A DNA stretch of 15,210 nt from a virus (lineage: Duplodnaviria > Heunggongvirae > Uroviricota > Caudoviricetes). Below are positions 6,846 to 13,867 of the stretch, one piece after another. Where the stretch lies: IMG/VR virus record IMGVR_UViG_3300049919_000418, positions 150,928 to 166,137 of that record; one strand, given 5' to 3'. Numbering within the stretch: the first letter of the stretch is position 1; each line of letters starts with the position of its first letter. The notes beneath the pieces were generated by a model. It saw nothing but the letters and a program-made list of their open reading frames with translations, was not told the origin of the DNA and did not search any database. The position numbers and the translations under genes were made by a program.

Positions 6846-7307
6846 ATGAAACCCCGCACAATATTAGAATCAATTAATTCAAAGCCAAGCGCCGCCATCG
6901 AAGCGATGTGTCGCGGGCTTAAGAAACCCGTCAAGGAGCGAGGGTTTAAAGTTAATATGAATACTTTTGGCACGGTGGACGGCAAGGTTTGTTTCGGTTG
7001 CGCTGCAACCTGCGCAATTCAGGATCTTGCGGGATACAAATTCGGGCCGAGTGAGGTTGACTTTGTTGGAGGTTCAACCTACGGGGAGTTTCTCTTTTCC
7101 AAAAAAGAGGTTTTGAAATTTGAAAACGCGATGGATGACGCTCGCACGGGAAACTTCACAACTTTGTTTGAATTTTGCGGGCTGGATTATTACGAATGTG
7201 CCGTTGTCAGTGAAGAGCCGCGCATTCATATGTTCACAGATGATTATAAAAAACAAATCAAACCATTGTTGAAGTTCGCGGAATACCTCAAATCACAAGG
7301 ATATTAA
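6846..7307 (+). CDS. Hypothetical protein, 153 aa, CxxCxxxC motif
   Basis: VCFGCAATCAI; long clean ORF. Confidence 0.85.
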   Translation: MKPRTILESINSKPSAAIEAMCRGLKKPVKERGFKVNMNTFGTVDGKVCFGCAATCAIQDLAGYKFGPSEVDFVGGSTYGEFLFSKKEVLKFENAMDDARTGNFTTLFEFCGLDYYECAVVSEEPRIHMFTDDYKKQIKPLLKFAEYLKSQGY

Positions 7308-7308
7308 C

Positions 7309-7413
7309 ATGCATATTTTAGCTGAAGCGGCAACTTGGCCCGGAGTTGCGAATCAATTGATTAGCGGCGCGGTGGCTTGTTTTGTTATTTATATTCTTTT
7401 TCGCAAAGGTTGA
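7309..7413 (+). CDS. Small single-TM membrane peptide, 34 aa (not in ORF track)
   Basis: MHILAEAATWPGVANQLISGAVACFVIYILFRKG; TM helix plus basic C-terminus; 1 bp after previous stop. Confidence 0.65.
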   Translation: MHILAEAATWPGVANQLISGAVACFVIYILFRKG

Positions 7414-7419
7414 TTTTCG

Positions 7420-7448
7420 TTGACAGCATCCAGTTAATTAACTAATCT
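7420..7448 (+). promoter_or_regulatory. sigma70 promoter, leaderless geometry
   Basis: TTGACA-17-TAATCT-6nt-ATG(7455). Confidence 0.85.
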
Positions 7449-7454
7449 CCACCT

Positions 7455-7697
7455 ATGGCCAAGACAAGCATTCACAGCCCCTCAGAAATTGAGGTTGGAA
7501 AGATTTATGAAAGAGCGCGGCATGCCCGTGCAACTTACTTGGGGGTAGGTCGAAAAGCGTGGGGAGGCGAAGGATTTGAATTTAAATCATTAATTGTTCT
7601 TGAGGATTCGGGTGAGGGGTGTGTTGGGATGATTGTCACTACCCCTGAAGATAACGAAGAGTTTTGGGCCGAAGGGTTCTCTCTAATTGAAGACTAA
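7455..7697 (+). CDS. Hypothetical protein, 80 aa, acidic C-terminus
   Basis: ATG at promoter +1. Confidence 0.8.
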   Translation: MAKTSIHSPSEIEVGKIYERARHARATYLGVGRKAWGGEGFEFKSLIVLEDSGEGCVGMIVTTPEDNEEFWAEGFSLIED

Positions 7698-7701
7698 CTC
7701 C

Positions 7702-8004
7702 ATGAAAATTAAAAGCATTTTAGTTTGGCCAGACGAAGTCTGTTTGGGATGGGCGGCGGGTTGTGAAAACTACTCCGACGATACCCACCACGATCAAAAC
7801 AGCGCAGTTTCCGTTTGTGAAACTTTAATTAAAAAGGGGTTTGGCTGTGAGGGGGAAATCTTTCCAATTGCCGCACGGGTAGAAATCGACAAAGTTAAGG
7901 TTTTTGAGTGGACAAAAAACGAAGGGTTCGTTATGGTTCCTGAGCGTCAACCAAGCATGGTTGATCTTTGGACAAAAGAAACTTTATTTAACTTCAAAAG
8001 ATGA
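7702..8004 (+). CDS. Hypothetical protein, 100 aa
   Basis: ATG 7702 preferred to TTG 7687; DTHH...VCETL...GFGCEGEIFP. Confidence 0.75.
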   Translation: MKIKSILVWPDEVCLGWAAGCENYSDDTHHDQNSAVSVCETLIKKGFGCEGEIFPIAARVEIDKVKVFEWTKNEGFVMVPERQPSMVDLWTKETLFNFKR

Positions 8005-8468
8005 AGCCGCAATTTTCTCACGACTGCCCGCAGTGCAAATTTCTTGGGATTTCTTCCGATGGAAAGGATCTTTATTTTTGCCCAAAAGGACTAACAACTC
8101 TGATTGCGCGTTACGGCGATGGCGGGCCGCGCTATGTTAGTGGAATTGCTTTCGCCGATACGGTTCCAGCGTTAGGTGAAGCGAAAAAGCTTGCAATTGA
8201 CGCGGGCCTTACCATAGATAAGGCGAAGATGCCTGACGGCGATTTGATTTACGTTCTTTATGAGTGCAAGTTTGCGGACGATACCCAAGATTTTGACAGA
8301 ACAACAATCGCTGTTTCTCCGAGTCTATCCAAGATTCAGCAATGGGTTGCCGTCAACAAACCTGAATACACTTTAGATCCGGCAGAACCGGGCGACGACG
8401 AACTTATTTACGACAACGGCGCGGATTATCTGGTTTGCTATTTAAATAAAAAAATTCCATCACTATGA
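8001..8468 (+). CDS. Hypothetical protein with putative metal-binding HDCxxC...C N-terminal domain
   Basis: FSHDCPQCKFLG...DLYFC...LIARYG...YVSG; ATGA overlap. Confidence 0.8.
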   Translation: MKPQFSHDCPQCKFLGISSDGKDLYFCPKGLTTLIARYGDGGPRYVSGIAFADTVPALGEAKKLAIDAGLTIDKAKMPDGDLIYVLYECKFADDTQDFDRTTIAVSPSLSKIQQWVAVNKPEYTLDPAEPGDDELIYDNGADYLVCYLNKKIPSL

Positions 8469-8665
8469 AAAAAGCATTTACTTTTACTGCGATAAAGTCT
8501 GAGCCTAATGACCCGGACGCTTTTATTTTGGACCCCGAAAGGGAAGCGGCCAAAAATTCACGGCGTATCATTCAAGAAATGGAGCGCCAAAACGAAATTA
8601 CTGAGGAATCCAATCGAATTCGCCGCGAGGAATTGAATCGCAGTAATAATGCGGAAAAGCCGTAA
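8465..8665 (+). CDS. Hypothetical protein, 66 aa, charged helical C-terminus
   Basis: ATGA-type overlap with previous ORF. Confidence 0.7.
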   Translation: MKKAFTFTAIKSEPNDPDAFILDPEREAAKNSRRIIQEMERQNEITEESNRIRREELNRSNNAEKP

Positions 8666-8672
8666 AATTAGC

Positions 8673-8700
8673 TTGCATCTTCCTCAAATTGTGATACATA
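8673..8700 (+). promoter_or_regulatory. Probable sigma70 promoter, leaderless, TTG-N9-CAA dyad
   Basis: TTGCAT-16-TACATA-6nt-ATG(8707). Confidence 0.55.
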
Positions 8701-8706
8701 TAACCC

Positions 8707-9000
8707 ATGAAAGCAAAATGCATTGTCGCCGGATTGCTATTCGCCCTTACTTCGATTGCGCTTTGTGGGTCAGTTGAGGAAACTGAAGCGCGAAATAAGG
8801 CTCAAGAGCAAGCGAATCGAGAGAAAATTCAAAAGGAAAACAAAGAACAGCGCGAAGCCTTTAATCGTCAACCCGTGATAGATTGGGCTGTTAGAGAGCA
8901 CAATGCTGTTGTTCGGCACATTCGAGCATTGGAGGCGGCACAAATCAAAGATCGAGCAAAAGCAAAGCAAAAAGTTTTTGCTCCAGCAAAAAACAAATAA
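8707..9000 (+). CDS. Putative exported or membrane-anchored helical protein, 97 aa
   Basis: MKAK + hydrophobic IVAGLLFALTSIALCG signal-like N-terminus, coiled-coil-like body. Confidence 0.75.
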   Translation: MKAKCIVAGLLFALTSIALCGSVEETEARNKAQEQANREKIQKENKEQREAFNRQPVIDWAVREHNAVVRHIRALEAAQIKDRAKAKQKVFAPAKNK

Positions 9001-9006
9001 AATAAT
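8978..9006 (+). promoter_or_regulatory. Probable sigma70 promoter inside upstream ORF end, leaderless
   Basis: TTGCTC-17-AATAAT-6nt-ATG(9013). Confidence 0.6.
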
Positions 9007-9012
9007 AAATAA

Positions 9013-9306
9013 ATGTATTTTCTATTAGGATTAATTATCGAGATTGGTCTTACAATTTTTCGGGGTTTTGTATTTATGAAACTTTGGCTATGGTTTGTTG
9101 TTCCAACTTTTGCGGCAGCGGCTTTGAACATTCCGCAAGCGATAGGGATTAGTTTGATCGTAGGGTTTTTGACGATTCGTTCCATGAATACCTCACCGCA
9201 GGATGGCAAAACTTTGGTTGAAAGATCTATCGAACCCATGACGGCTTGGGCTGTCTTCTATACAATTGTGCTGATTTCTGGATTCGTCACAAAACAATTT
9301 CTTTAA
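9013..9306 (+). CDS. Integral membrane protein (about 3 TM helices), 97 aa
   Basis: Three long hydrophobic segments; FMKLWLWFVVP...IPQAIGISLIVGFL. Confidence 0.8.
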   Translation: MYFLLGLIIEIGLTIFRGFVFMKLWLWFVVPTFAAAALNIPQAIGISLIVGFLTIRSMNTSPQDGKTLVERSIEPMTAWAVFYTIVLISGFVTKQFL

Positions 9307-9336
9307 ATAAAAACGAATAAAAAACAAAATACAAAA

Positions 9337-9567
9337 ATGGCTAATTCCAACACTACTCGCGCCCGAAAGGGCGACCCACGCAACGGCATTGCACCAAATT
9401 CATGCTGGAGAGAATTTGCCATCGGGACAGGTGAATTTCATGGTTTTGGATACCGTGATGAGGCACCTATCTTCAAAGGTGTGGCTTGTGACACTAGCAG
9501 GCGCGGAAAAACCAAGTGGCGAGGAGCACTTCAAGCCCAAAAATTCATGGGCAAGGGAGATAATTAA
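9337..9567 (+). CDS. Basic hypothetical protein, 76 aa
   Basis: ATG after A-rich tract, followed by terminator. Confidence 0.7.
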   Translation: MANSNTTRARKGDPRNGIAPNSCWREFAIGTGEFHGFGYRDEAPIFKGVACDTSRRGKTKWRGALQAQKFMGKGDN

Positions 9568-9599
9568 AATAAATTTCCACATTGCGGAGAGTTAGCAGG

Positions 9600-9639
9600 A
9601 TGCGGCGGGGACTGGATGCCCGCCGCATTTTCTTTTTTT
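9600..9639 (+). terminator. Rho-independent terminator
   Basis: Perfect 10-bp stem ATGCGGCGGG/CCCGCCGCAT, 9-nt loop, then TTTCTTTTTTT. Confidence 0.9.
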
Positions 9640-9644
9640 AATGT

Positions 9645-9672
9645 TTGACAGAACATAATATTTCCATAAGAT
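9645..9672 (+). promoter_or_regulatory. sigma70 promoter, leaderless geometry
   Basis: TTGACA-16-TAAGAT-6nt-ATG(9679). Confidence 0.8.
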
Positions 9673-9678
9673 TGCGGC

Positions 9679-10425
9679 ATGACGAAAGAACGCATCGCGG
9701 AATTTATCGGGTTTTCAAAGGACGAATCCAAAAAACAAAATGGATATGTTTACGTTGGGCGCGGAAGTCTAACCAACTCTCTAGGGGGAGAGCTTGGAAT
9801 TAAACGGGGCGAGCTTCATCAATTTTTGCCAACTTCCAAGATTATGGATCGTGGCGAAAATTCGGGGTCTGAAAGATACTGCGAATATTATATCAAAAAA
9901 TCAAAGTGGAACGAACTTTTCGCCGAAAAAGAAACTGAAAACCCCGAACCGTTAGAATCGCGCATTGCGGCGGCGCAAGAACACATCGGGAAAGATATTG
10001 TTTCATTGTATAATAAAAATCGCCACGGGGTTGTAAAAAGGGTTGCGGTTTGCCTTTCTGAAGAGTCTGGAACTAAAGATTTTGGGCTGGACAAAAGAAT
10101 CACTCAAAAACACTTTAAAAACGGGCCGGAAATTCTTCTTTTGGGGGGTTGGAGCGACGGTGCTAAAATGGTTAGGGTTTTTGACAACAATTCCCTTGAA
10201 ATTTACGTTGAAAAAATCAAAGTCAACGGATTTGACGCCGAAGATATGGGGGAGTATTATAAGTTTGGTTGCGCACAGATTCAAAAATCTCAACTTAAAC
10301 GAGCGAAAGAGTTTCTAATTGAAACAAACAAAGGTCTTTCGGGCTACTGCAACCGAAAAACTGAATCAGTTAAAATCGGTCAAGGCGACTTCACTCTGGA
10401 TATCCTCAACAAATTAAATCTTTAA
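9679..10425 (+). CDS. Hypothetical protein, 248 aa
   Basis: Long ORF at promoter +1; no recognisable motif. Confidence 0.9.
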   Translation: MTKERIAEFIGFSKDESKKQNGYVYVGRGSLTNSLGGELGIKRGELHQFLPTSKIMDRGENSGSERYCEYYIKKSKWNELFAEKETENPEPLESRIAAAQEHIGKDIVSLYNKNRHGVVKRVAVCLSEESGTKDFGLDKRITQKHFKNGPEILLLGGWSDGAKMVRVFDNNSLEIYVEKIKVNGFDAEDMGEYYKFGCAQIQKSQLKRAKEFLIETNKGLSGYCNRKTESVKIGQGDFTLDILNKLNL

Positions 10426-10441
10426 AATAGTAAATAATGCA

Positions 10442-10469
10442 TTGACGCCGCGCCCGATTTCGCTATGTT
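10442..10469 (+). promoter_or_regulatory. sigma70 promoter, leaderless, GC-rich spacer
   Basis: TTGACG-16(CCGCGCCCGATTTCGC)-TATGTT-6nt-ATG(10476). Confidence 0.8.
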
Positions 10470-10475
10470 TATCCC

Positions 10476-10658
10476 ATGACGACAACGAAGGACAAGCCGA
10501 ACAGCTATCGCGCCGAACTATTTCGGATGGCAATGGTGTGCTTTCCTAACCGTCACCACGAAAACGGCATGGCGCGGAGGAATGCGCGGGACAAACTGAA
10601 TTCCTTTTTTGCTCACGGACGGAGTTGGAATCGGTGGAGGGATGGAGTTTTAAAGTAA
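10476..10658 (+). CDS. Small basic hypothetical protein, 60 aa
   Basis: ATG at promoter +1. Confidence 0.7.
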   Translation: MTTTKDKPNSYRAELFRMAMVCFPNRHHENGMARRNARDKLNSFFAHGRSWNRWRDGVLK

Positions 10659-10663
10659 AAATC

Positions 10664-10807
10664 ATGAGAACCTCTTTAATCGAATGTAAATGCCGTAAGA
10701 CGGCTTGGAGACGCGCCCCTTGGGCATCAGCAGTCACAAAGGTTTGTGGCGGCTTCAGGGCCTTTGAGTGCGTTGAAAGCTATCGCATTTGGAAAAATCA
10801 AAAATAA
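10664..10807 (+). CDS. Small phage protein, 47 aa
   Basis: MRTSLIECKCRKTAWRRAPWASAVTKVCGGFRAFECVESYRIWKNQK; resembles, from memory, a small phage family (PWA..I.KV.GG..AFES..DY..W..QK); ATG 10664. Confidence 0.75.
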   Translation: MRTSLIECKCRKTAWRRAPWASAVTKVCGGFRAFECVESYRIWKNQK

Positions 10808-10814
10808 ATAAAAT

Positions 10815-10830
10815 GCTAACAGTTGTTGCG
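10815..10830 (+). repeat. 16-bp direct repeat GCTAACAGTTGTTGCG (copy at 13483-13498)
   Basis: Exact match; both copies end in the TTGCG -35 box and lie 35 bp (from the -35) upstream of an ATG. Confidence 0.85.
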
Positions 10831-10854
10831 GCGGGGCAAATAATATGATTACTT
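10826..10854 (+). promoter_or_regulatory. Probable promoter, leaderless geometry, GC dyad
   Basis: TTGCGG-17-TTACTT-6nt-ATG(10861); alternative -10 TATGAT at 10844-10849. Confidence 0.55.
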
Positions 10855-10860
10855 ATTCGT

Positions 10861-11229
10861 ATGGATTTCAACATTACATCCCTCGCCGCCGAAAAGCTTG
10901 TGCCAATCACCTATTCCCCGAAAAATCGGGGATCGGAATGGAAAAGGGCAAAGCGCAAAGCGACTCAATTTAAATTCATTGATTCGGTTGACAAGATCGG
11001 AGCCATGCTGGAATACATGAAAGATTCTGGCGGGTGGGATGCTGAGGAACGCCGCGCAATGAGCTTGCACGATTTTAACGCGCTATTTCTTCAAATGGTT
11101 GCCAGCGAGCTACGCGATGCCAATGCGGAAACACTGGATTCAATTGATTGGGGCGCGTATGAAGCGAACGACAATCGCGGAAATCTTTTCAAATCATGCG
11201 AGGAATACTTTATTTATATTGGGAATTGA
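10861..11229 (+). CDS. Phage hypothetical protein, 122 aa
   Basis: SGGWDAEE...DFNALFLQMVASELRD conserved-looking block. Confidence 0.85.
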   Translation: MDFNITSLAAEKLVPITYSPKNRGSEWKRAKRKATQFKFIDSVDKIGAMLEYMKDSGGWDAEERRAMSLHDFNALFLQMVASELRDANAETLDSIDWGAYEANDNRGNLFKSCEEYFIYIGN

Positions 11230-11230
11230 A

Positions 11231-11259
11231 TTGACAGCGCCCGAAATTTTAAGTAATCT
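11231..11259 (+). promoter_or_regulatory. sigma70 promoter, leaderless, GC-rich spacer
   Basis: TTGACA-17-TAATCT-6nt-ATG(11266). Confidence 0.85.
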
Positions 11260-11265
11260 GCGCCT

Positions 11266-11445
11266 ATGAAAACGTTTAGCGCTCTAGTCGCCCGCATCAA
11301 TTCAGCGAAAACCCCTGAAGATTTCAGTAACTTTCAAAAACAGATTGATCGCCACTACGGCAACGGAACACTAACGGTTAATGAATACAAGCGGTTGGAC
11401 GTTAAAATCATGGTCGATTCAGTCAAGCAAGACCAAGCAAAATGA
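11266..11445 (+). CDS. Small hypothetical protein, 59 aa (not in ORF track)
   Basis: MKTFSALVARINSAKTPEDFSNFQKQIDRHYGNGTLTVNEYKRLDVKIMVDSVKQDQAK; ATG at promoter +1. Confidence 0.75.
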   Translation: MKTFSALVARINSAKTPEDFSNFQKQIDRHYGNGTLTVNEYKRLDVKIMVDSVKQDQAK

Positions 11446-11600
11446 AAGTGCATATCATCATTCCAGAAGAGGGGTTTAGACTTTACAATCAAGCGAAGTC
11501 TGACGCGGTTGAAGCCATCAAAACGATGGGCACCACGGCGACGACATTATTTTGGTTGTCAAGGCAGGAATTCCAAAAAAGGAAATTCTTCAAGCTCTGA
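11442..11600 (+). CDS. Small hypothetical protein, 52 aa (not in ORF track)
   Basis: ATGA overlap; MKVHIIIPEEGFRLYNQAKSDAVEAIKTMGTTATTLFWLSRQEFQKRKFFKL. Confidence 0.6.
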   Translation: MKVHIIIPEEGFRLYNQAKSDAVEAIKTMGTTATTLFWLSRQEFQKRKFFKL

Positions 11601-11639
11601 AACAGATTGAGGAATACGTCAAAAAAGATCTTTAATGTA

Positions 11640-11668
11640 TTGACCGATTCCAAAACGTTTAATAATCT
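11640..11668 (+). promoter_or_regulatory. sigma70 promoter, leaderless, TTG-N8-CAA dyad
   Basis: TTGACC-17-TAATCT-6nt-ATG(11675). Confidence 0.8.
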
Positions 11669-11674
11669 TCCGGC

Positions 11675-11941
11675 ATGAACATTCTCCCATTCACAAAAGC
11701 GGTTAGCTTCGCGAAACTCCAAAGCGGGACAACTGGACTGATTCACCAAGTCACGCCAAGTTTCCAATGGGTTTTTGACGGTGTGGACGATTACCGGAAA
11801 CTCCACGGTTGGGCTGTTAAACTGCTTGTGGAAAACGGCAGAACGGTTGAAGTGAACCATAACGGATCAACTGGACGGCGTAAAACTTACAAGCGCAAAG
11901 ACCTTGGGCGGGCAATGGCTCGCTTGACAGTTAAATTTTAA
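11675..11941 (+). CDS. Hypothetical protein, 88 aa
   Basis: ATG at promoter +1. Confidence 0.8.
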   Translation: MNILPFTKAVSFAKLQSGTTGLIHQVTPSFQWVFDGVDDYRKLHGWAVKLLVENGRTVEVNHNGSTGRRKTYKRKDLGRAMARLTVKF

Positions 11942-11951
11942 TTTAAAAAAT
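11924..11951 (+). promoter_or_regulatory. Probable promoter inside upstream ORF end, leaderless geometry
   Basis: TTGACA at 11924, ATG exactly 35 bp later (11959); weak -10 (AAAAAT). Confidence 0.5.
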
Positions 11952-11958
11952 CAAAATC

Positions 11959-12111
11959 ATGAGCGCCGTCAATCCTATTTTTATTCATACCCGTATCAAC
12001 GGTGACATGAACCGCACTACATATTCAAAGAAACAATTGAATTGTATTAAAAACGAAACCCGCACGCAAGTTAGATTTTTCCTCTTGCATATTCGTGAAA
12101 AACATTTATAA
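11959..12111 (+). CDS. Small hypothetical protein, 50 aa (not in ORF track)
   Basis: MSAVNPIFIHTRINGDMNRTTYSKKQLNCIKNETRTQVRFFLLHIREKHL. Confidence 0.6.
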   Translation: MSAVNPIFIHTRINGDMNRTTYSKKQLNCIKNETRTQVRFFLLHIREKHL

Positions 12112-12114
12112 ATC
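12085..12114 (+). promoter_or_regulatory. Possible promoter, leaderless geometry
   Basis: TTGCAT 36 bp before ATG 12121; -10 imperfect (TAAATC). Confidence 0.4.
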
Positions 12115-12120
12115 ATTTCC

Positions 12121-12606
12121 ATGACAACAACAGCAAAGTCAAGTCTCGCCCGCCTCGCTCTTTTCGCCCTTGCCGAAACCCGCTTCGGGTTTGACATGGC
12201 GCGATTTGTGACTCGAAAGGATGGGAACTTTGGGGTTTATGATCCCCATACGGTTCCGACTTCTTTAGAAACGGATCAGATTGAATCACTGTGCCTTGCG
12301 GGACATGCACCGTTGGCCCTAGGCAAAACCAAAGCAAAAGAAAGTTGGGATCATTATTTGGCAAGAGTTGTTTTCGACAAAATGCCCGAAGATGAACTTT
12401 ACGGCGCGAAAGATTTTCTCTTTTTTGGCGATTATGGGCAAACCCGACTGCAAGCGGTCAAACGGGTGTTGTATTTCCTTTTAAAAGGGCTTCCCAAGAA
12501 TCATGACGGGAACGATCAGAAGTATCTAACCAGTTTTAACGCCGCCAAGGTGCGCGAAGAGCTTGAAAAGTTCGTCAAGCTGGACGTTAAACTTGATTCA
12601 AAATAA
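12121..12606 (+). CDS. Phage hypothetical protein, 161 aa
   Basis: SLCLAGHAP...ESWDHYLARV...FLF...AVKRVLYFLLKGLP conserved-looking pattern. Confidence 0.85.
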   Translation: MTTTAKSSLARLALFALAETRFGFDMARFVTRKDGNFGVYDPHTVPTSLETDQIESLCLAGHAPLALGKTKAKESWDHYLARVVFDKMPEDELYGAKDFLFFGDYGQTRLQAVKRVLYFLLKGLPKNHDGNDQKYLTSFNAAKVREELEKFVKLDVKLDSK

Positions 12607-12613
12607 AAATACC

Positions 12614-12745
12614 ATGTCACTACTTGAAGGATTACTTGATGGACTTGCATTCAGCGCGGAACCGAAATCGGCCCCGAAAAGGGTTGACAAACGGCGGAAA
12701 AGATCCAAACTAGCAAAAGTTAGCAGGAAACGCAATCAAAAATAA
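12614..12745 (+). CDS. Very basic small protein, 43 aa
   Basis: ATG 12614; C-terminus KRVDKRRKRSKLAKVSRKRNQK. Confidence 0.65.
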   Translation: MSLLEGLLDGLAFSAEPKSAPKRVDKRRKRSKLAKVSRKRNQK

Positions 12746-12966
12746 TGAAATCACGTTTGGGTGAACTTCAATCAAAATTCAATAACTCTGGAATTAAAGG
12801 TCCGGTTATTACTGACGCGGAATTAAAAGAGCTTTTGTTAGGATTGGTTGAGTGTGCCAACTTCATGTCAGACCGGGGAGATGGTTCGATGTGTTTTTGC
12901 ATGAGAATGGAGTCTGAATCCGTTGAGCGAATGATTGACGCCCGCAAAGAAAAATCTTTTTATTAA
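12745..12966 (+). CDS. Hypothetical protein, 73 aa
   Basis: TAATG 1-bp overlap with previous stop. Confidence 0.75.
   Translation: MKSRLGELQSKFNNSGIKGPVITDAELKELLLGLVECANFMSDRGDGSMCFCMRMESESVERMIDARKEKSFY
12935..12966 (+). promoter_or_regulatory. Possible promoter inside upstream ORF end, GC dyad
   Basis: TTGACG-CCCGCAAA; ATG 37 bp downstream; -10 uncertain. Confidence 0.45.
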
Positions 12967-12971
12967 ATATC

Positions 12972-13475
12972 ATGAGCGAATACAAAGGAAAACTAATCGG
13001 TGTTCGGGCTTTTGCCAAAATGAGTGACGCTGAAAAGCGAGTTGCAATAGCGAAAGACGTTCTTTTGAGAGTCGAACTTGAAAACGTAATGCCAAGACAG
13101 GGAAATTTTTGGAGGTCAGATTGGAATGATAGCAGTTTGACCCCACAAAAGGCAATTAATAAAGGCGGTTGTTCGGTTTGTGCGAAGGGCGCGATTTTTT
13201 GCACTTGGGTTGGAAATTTCAACAAGATTGATTGGAGTTATGCAAGGTATGTTAGCGAGAGAAGCACGAGCTTTCCAGAAGAAATTTTAGAAGTCTTTCC
13301 TGCCGAAATGCTTGACAATATCGAAGCGGCGTTTGAGGGGGATAATTATGCTTGGCATGTAAACGGCCACCTTTCTCGCAAATATGCAGTCGCTTTTAGG
13401 GGGAAAGCATCCCTAGGGGAAATCATGGAATATCTCGTTAAGCATGGGGGAGAATTTCCACTACCAACAATTTAA
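12972..13475 (+). CDS. Hypothetical protein, 167 aa, CxxC motif
   Basis: GCSVCAKGAIFC ... IEAAFE; long clean ORF. Confidence 0.85.
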   Translation: MSEYKGKLIGVRAFAKMSDAEKRVAIAKDVLLRVELENVMPRQGNFWRSDWNDSSLTPQKAINKGGCSVCAKGAIFCTWVGNFNKIDWSYARYVSERSTSFPEEILEVFPAEMLDNIEAAFEGDNYAWHVNGHLSRKYAVAFRGKASLGEIMEYLVKHGGEFPLPTI

Positions 13476-13493
13476 ATTAAAAGCTAACAGTTG

Positions 13494-13522
13494 TTGCGCC
13501 GCGCCAATTAATATGTTTTTAT
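13494..13522 (+). promoter_or_regulatory. Probable promoter, leaderless geometry, GC dyad
   Basis: TTGCGC-CGCGCCAA...; ATG 13529 at 35 bp; alternative -10 TATGTT at 13512-13517 in the same register as the 10826 promoter. Confidence 0.55.
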
Positions 13523-13528
13523 TTGTTT

Positions 13529-13825
13529 ATGAATGAAACTCCCATCGCGCCGCCAATCAATTGCAGGACTGTTCCCCAAGCGAACGGTCTTCCAATTGGA
13601 TTTGTTTTTGTTTCGGCTGGTTCCCACCGCGCTCGTCAAAAAATGTATGGCGTGTGCGGATCGCGCAAGGTGGTTGAACACTACCTCTCTCTTTCTTTGC
13701 GGGGCGGACAACACGCCGCCCTTATTTCGAATGAAGAATACGAACGGGCAAAAAACATTACTGGAGTGAGAAAAACAAGAAAACAAAGGGTTTCGGAATG
13801 GATTCCCTGCATGTCATTTATGTAA
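13529..13825 (+). CDS. Basic hypothetical protein, 98 aa
   Basis: ATG 13529 chosen by promoter geometry. Confidence 0.75.
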   Translation: MNETPIAPPINCRTVPQANGLPIGFVFVSAGSHRARQKMYGVCGSRKVVEHYLSLSLRGGQHAALISNEEYERAKNITGVRKTRKQRVSEWIPCMSFM

Positions 13826-13832
13826 AATTCAA

Positions 13833-13861
13833 TTGACAGCGGCGCAAAATTTAGCTATTGT
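13833..13861 (+). promoter_or_regulatory. sigma70 promoter, leaderless (GTG start), GC dyad
   Basis: TTGACA-17(GCGGCGCAAAATTTAGC)-TATTGT-6nt-GTG(13868). Confidence 0.85.
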
Positions 13862-13867
13862 CTTTTT

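Noticed and set aside
12684-12689. Perfect TTGACA inside the 12614 ORF
   Set aside because: No -10 at 16-18 bp and no start codon about 35 bp downstream
2917-13528. Track starts at TTG/upstream ATG (2917, 3851, 5818, 6368, 7687, 12563, 13523)
   Set aside because: They extend into promoters, terminators or upstream genes; downstream ATGs fit promoter geometry or coupling better
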